A program made the translations under genes and the position numbers. From Gaiellales bacterium (GTDB lineage: Bacteria; Actinomycetota; Thermoleophilia; Gaiellales; SKUG01), in the NCBI GenBank assembly GCA_038212015.1, contig JBBQUY010000006.1, forward strand, positions 3,016 through 67,015: a DNA stretch of 64,000 nucleotides, in the 5' to 3' direction. The notes below the pieces were generated by a model. That model was not told where the DNA came from. It made no database searches and worked only from the letters and a program-made list of their open reading frames with translations. Shown one piece after another: positions 60,731 to 64,000 of the stretch; the stretch's first letter is position 1; each line of letters begins with the position of its first letter.

Positions 60731-61405
60731 ATGGAAACGATCACTCGCAGCCATGCCCTTCGTCAGGCCGCATTTCGCGGCGGAATCCGTGATGGTCGCG
60801 TGCTTTCGGCACTCGTTCAGGTCGACCGCACCGCGTTCGTTCCCGCTCACGCGCGTGCGCGCGCGCGAGTGGAACATGACGCGCCGATCGAGATCGGCCA
60901 TGGCCAGACCACGTCGCAGCCGTCGCTCATCGCGCGCATCCTCGAGGATCTGCACGTGCGGCCCGGCAGCCGGGTGCTCGAGGTCGGCACCGGACTCGGC
61001 TACGAGGCGATGCTCGCGGGTACCCTGGCGGCTCCCCGCGGCTCGGTGGTGACCATCGAACGTGATCCGAAGCTCGCGCTCGATGCGCGTCGGCGCATCG
61101 ACGACATGTGCTCGCAGCCGGGATTCGAGGATGTGGAGATCGAGGTGCGGATCGGCGATGGCGCGCTCGGCGCGCCCGATCGCGCCCCGTTCGACGCGAT
61201 CGTCGTCGCGGCGACCGCCGCGGCCGTACCCCCCGCCCTGCTCGAGCAGCTCGCCGACCTGGGACGCCTCATCATTCCTGTCGGGCTGGGTCGTGGCACC
61301 GAGCTGCTGCGCTTCGACCGCCACGGCAATCGCATCGTCGAGGCGGGCACGCTCGGGCTCGTGCGCTATGTCCCGCTGCTTCCCGGGGTCGTCGAACCCG
61401 GCTAG
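60731..61405 (+). CDS. pcm: Protein-L-isoaspartate O-methyltransferase
   Basis: GHGQTTSQPSLIA, SAM motif RVLEVGTGLGYEA, PFDAIVVAA. Confidence 0.85.
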   Translation: METITRSHALRQAAFRGGIRDGRVLSALVQVDRTAFVPAHARARARVEHDAPIEIGHGQTTSQPSLIARILEDLHVRPGSRVLEVGTGLGYEAMLAGTLAAPRGSVVTIERDPKLALDARRRIDDMCSQPGFEDVEIEVRIGDGALGAPDRAPFDAIVVAATAAAVPPALLEQLADLGRLIIPVGLGRGTELLRFDRHGNRIVEAGTLGLVRYVPLLPGVVEPG

Positions 61406-63240
61406 ACGAAGGGCGCGACGACCTCGATGCGCACCGGCGCCACGTAGCCTCCCGGCGGCTGGTCGGTGCGCGTGCGTACACCGAATCTCAGATTGACGGC
61501 CACATTCGTGGTCGTCGCGGTCGTGGAGTTGGCGACGCGTGCCTCGGTCGACGCTCCCGTGGCAGGCAGGGCGTTCCAGTGCGCACCGTCGGCCTGGGGG
61601 CATGTCGCGTTCATCGACCACAGCGCGCTTGCCCCGATCCCCGCGATCGATCGCAGGCACACGCCGAACACGTCGTCGCCCGGCGTGTCCCAGTCGTCGA
61701 CGCCCAGTGCGTAATCGCGCAAGCGGGCACTGTCCACGCGCGAAAGCGCGGCCACGGTCCCCGCGCCGGAATCCATGACGCCAGCGATCACGATCCGGCC
61801 GTCCGACGACCAGGTTGCGGCATGCGCCTCGTCTGCGAGGGCGCCATAGACGAACGACTGGCTGCCATCCCCGCCGAAGTTCGTGGCTGCACCGTCGGCG
61901 GACCAGCGTGCGACGAGCGGGTCTCGATTCGTGCCGACGGCATCACCGACGCCCACGATCCCTCCTCCGGGATGGGCAAGCAGGTCGCGGGCGACGGCGT
62001 TGGTGCCGGCCGGTATCAGGGTCGAGATGCCGTCGCCACCACCGAACGTCGTGTCCAGGACGCCGGTCGGGGCAACCTTGACGACGTACATGCTGCCCTC
62101 GTCAGTGCCCCCGACGAGGATCGAATCATCATCGAGTACGGCAAGCCCACCGATCGTCTCGTTCCATGTGACGACGTCAAAGACCATCATCCCGTCACCG
62201 CCGCCGAATGTCGGGTCGGGGGTTCCATCACCGAGTAGCCGCAGCACGCCGCCGCCACTCGACGACGGACGGGTGCTACCGGACACCACGATCCGGCCGG
62301 CAGAGTCGAGGCGCATGTCCCGCGCATAGTCATTGCCGGCAGTGAGTGGGATGCGTAGCTTGCCGTCACCCGAGAATGTCGTGTCCCAGGCACCCGTGGA
62401 AGTGAGCCTTCCGACGAAGAAGTCGTGGTCGGTCGAGCAGCACGGACTCTGTTGTGACGCCCCCGAGAACAGGATCCGACCGTCAGGAAGCGCCACCACA
62501 TCCACTGCGGAGTCGTCGGTGTTGGTGTCGAGCGGCAGCTGCAGCCAGCCGGCACCGCCCCCGAAGCTGCTGTCCAGCGTGCCGTCCGCGAGGTACCTGG
62601 CAACCGTGATGTCCTGACGATCGCCCAGCGCGGTGCCAACGGCAAGGTACTTGCCGTCTGCGGTTACGGTGACAGCAGAATACGAGTCACACCCGCCACC
62701 GATCGGGATGTTATGAAATCCGTTCGGCGGGTTGAAGGTCGTGTCCAGCACGCCTGACGCACTGAACCGCGCAATCAGGCTGTTGCACGTATTGTCGTAG
62801 CCGACGGCGAGCAGGCGACCGTCATCAAGTCGATGGATGTCATACAGCCCCGTGCTGGCGCTCCAGGTGGTCAGACCTGCAGTCCCGAATGACGTGTCCA
62901 GGACCGGCAGCGACGGCCCCCACATCCCGCGCCCTTCGCTGTCGGTCTGCGACATCCGCAGCTGCGCCGTGTCGTTGCTGGACCCGAACGCCAGGGCGCA
63001 GTCGATCGTGGTGACCGCGGACGTTCCGGGCAGCACGTTGCCGAACCGCGTCACGCCCGCGACGTCCGGGCTGCATCCCGTCGTGGTGAGGTTCGTGGAG
63101 CTGGCGACCGACAGCGTTACCGTCACCGAACTGGACGCTGCGGGCGCGGCTGCCTCGCCCACCATCAGGCCGGTGAGCACGATTGCCGCAATCTTGGCCA
63201 CGACGCCGGGCCGATGGAAGTACCTCAACCACGTTCCCAT
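61402..63240 (-). CDS. Secreted delta-60-repeat (beta-propeller-like) protein flanked by Cys-containing N- and C-terminal modules
   Basis: N-terminal hydrophobic signal/anchor. About nine repeats of ...G.LD(T/S)(T/S)FGGGDG... with RL..DG/ADG motifs (delta-60 repeat, TIGR02608-type, from memory). Confidence 0.75.
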   Translation of the reverse strand: MGTWLRYFHRPGVVAKIAAIVLTGLMVGEAAAPAASSSVTVTLSVASSTNLTTTGCSPDVAGVTRFGNVLPGTSAVTTIDCALAFGSSNDTAQLRMSQTDSEGRGMWGPSLPVLDTSFGTAGLTTWSASTGLYDIHRLDDGRLLAVGYDNTCNSLIARFSASGVLDTTFNPPNGFHNIPIGGGCDSYSAVTVTADGKYLAVGTALGDRQDITVARYLADGTLDSSFGGGAGWLQLPLDTNTDDSAVDVVALPDGRILFSGASQQSPCCSTDHDFFVGRLTSTGAWDTTFSGDGKLRIPLTAGNDYARDMRLDSAGRIVVSGSTRPSSSGGGVLRLLGDGTPDPTFGGGDGMMVFDVVTWNETIGGLAVLDDDSILVGGTDEGSMYVVKVAPTGVLDTTFGGGDGISTLIPAGTNAVARDLLAHPGGGIVGVGDAVGTNRDPLVARWSADGAATNFGGDGSQSFVYGALADEAHAATWSSDGRIVIAGVMDSGAGTVAALSRVDSARLRDYALGVDDWDTPGDDVFGVCLRSIAGIGASALWSMNATCPQADGAHWNALPATGASTEARVANSTTATTTNVAVNLRFGVRTRTDQPPGGYVAPVRIEVVAPFV

Positions 63241-63397
63241 TGCGTGTCCTATCGGTCAGCGATGCCCCTTCCACGAGCGGTGCGGGCGTTTCGCTGGGAC
63301 CGATTGAACGCATCTGCGAGAAGCCAGACGTGAATCGGCGGCCACGACATGGCCCGATTTCGAGGAACATCCTGCTCGCCGCGCCCGACATGAGGGC

Positions 63398-63694
63398 ATG
63401 CCTTCCATCGCACCCACCGCAGCGACTCCCCCGCCCCGTCCCGTGACGACGGGCCCGCTTCCGCCTCCGTTGCCGGAGCCGGCAACCGGCAGTGGCACGG
63501 GCTCGACGAGCGTGCGCATCAAGATCGCCAACTGGATGGAAGATCGGTTCGGCAAGGCAGCGATGCCGATCGCCGCGCTCGCCGGTGGCGTCGCGGGCGG
63601 CACGCTCGGCATGCTCATGCTCGGCCCCGTCGGCGCAGCCGTCGGCGGCGTTGGTGGCGCATTCTTCGGCGCCGCGCTCTTCATGGCGGGCTGA
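63398..63694 (+). CDS. Small Pro-rich / glycine-zipper membrane protein
   Basis: C-terminal GGVAGGTLGMLMLGPVGAAVGGVGGAFFGAALFMAG (glycine-zipper-like). Confidence 0.4.
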   Translation: MPSIAPTAATPPPRPVTTGPLPPPLPEPATGSGTGSTSVRIKIANWMEDRFGKAAMPIAALAGGVAGGTLGMLMLGPVGAAVGGVGGAFFGAALFMAG

Positions 63695-63992
63695 TCGCCC
63701 TGCCGCGCTCGAGCGCGACCAGCGCGTAGCCGATTCCCAGCGACGTGGCGACGAAGACGAACGCGACGATCAGCAGGTGCCCGATGCCGACCGGCATCTC
63801 CGCGCCCCAGACCAGGAATGCCACGCCGAGAACCAGGCCGAACAGCCATCCCACGCCGAGGCTCATCGCGATCGTCGACAGCCACGTGTCGCGAAACATG
63901 CGAGCGACGGCGCGTGCGCCGATTCGCCAGCTGCCGCTCGCCCATGCCGCGACCGGGATCGCCGTATACGGCACGAGCAGCAGCGAGAGCAC
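63681..63992 (-). CDS. Small polytopic membrane protein (hypothetical; the start may lie at or beyond the window edge)
   Basis: Three hydrophobic segments. The ORF reaches within 8 nt of the window end. Confidence 0.35.
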   Translation of the reverse strand: MLSLLLVPYTAIPVAAWASGSWRIGARAVARMFRDTWLSTIAMSLGVGWLFGLVLGVAFLVWGAEMPVGIGHLLIVAFVFVATSLGIGYALVALERGRAISPP

Positions 63993-64000
63993 GACACCGA

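Overview
Very GC-rich chromosomal segment. Third codon positions are almost all G/C, GTG starts are frequent, and many genes show 4-nt ATGA/GTGA start-stop overlaps. The content fits an Actinomycetota genome best (inference): NucS/EndoMS, the DUF4178-DUF2617-DUF4247-DUF350-SpeE-like cluster, and GAF sensor kinases. I call about 68 protein-coding genes, one tRNA-Ala(CGC), several stem-loop terminators and a few non-coding repeat or operator-like elements. I saw no rRNA, CRISPR array, transposase, integrase or phage genes. Many long Arg/Ala/Pro-rich ORFs in the track are shadow frames of real genes and are not called. Three themes stand out. (1) Housekeeping and metabolism: two enoyl-CoA hydratases, a DAG-kinase-like lipid kinase, an IorAB-like pair, GlpX, GabT, Dcd, LepB, SufS-SufU and Pcm. 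(2) A loose copper/heme/N-oxide respiratory neighbourhood: a B-family (ba3-like) oxidase with CtaG, a translationally coupled siroheme-dependent (Ahb-type) heme operon, a lipoprotein cupredoxin, two hemerythrin-domain proteins, a membrane-anchored NirK, a DsbB/TlpA operon, and a GAF-kinase/NarL/CheY signalling cluster. (3) Accessory genes of unknown function. The best candidates for something new are: a pair of paralogous Met/Gly/Asn-rich low-complexity proteins (54082-55622) that I cannot assign to any family; a secreted protein resembling the oomycete GP42 transglutaminase elicitor, including a Pep-13-like VWNxPV motif (11541-12380); an S8 protease whose pro-region holds six tandem PFKR pentapeptides and which is coupled to a membrane adenylate cyclase; the Ahb operon in an actinobacterial-type context; a receptor kinase whose catalytic Asp is replaced (HGN); and a block-conserved 49-nt non-coding element present twice near the tRNA. 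All family assignments come from reading the translations and from motif memory. No database search was run.
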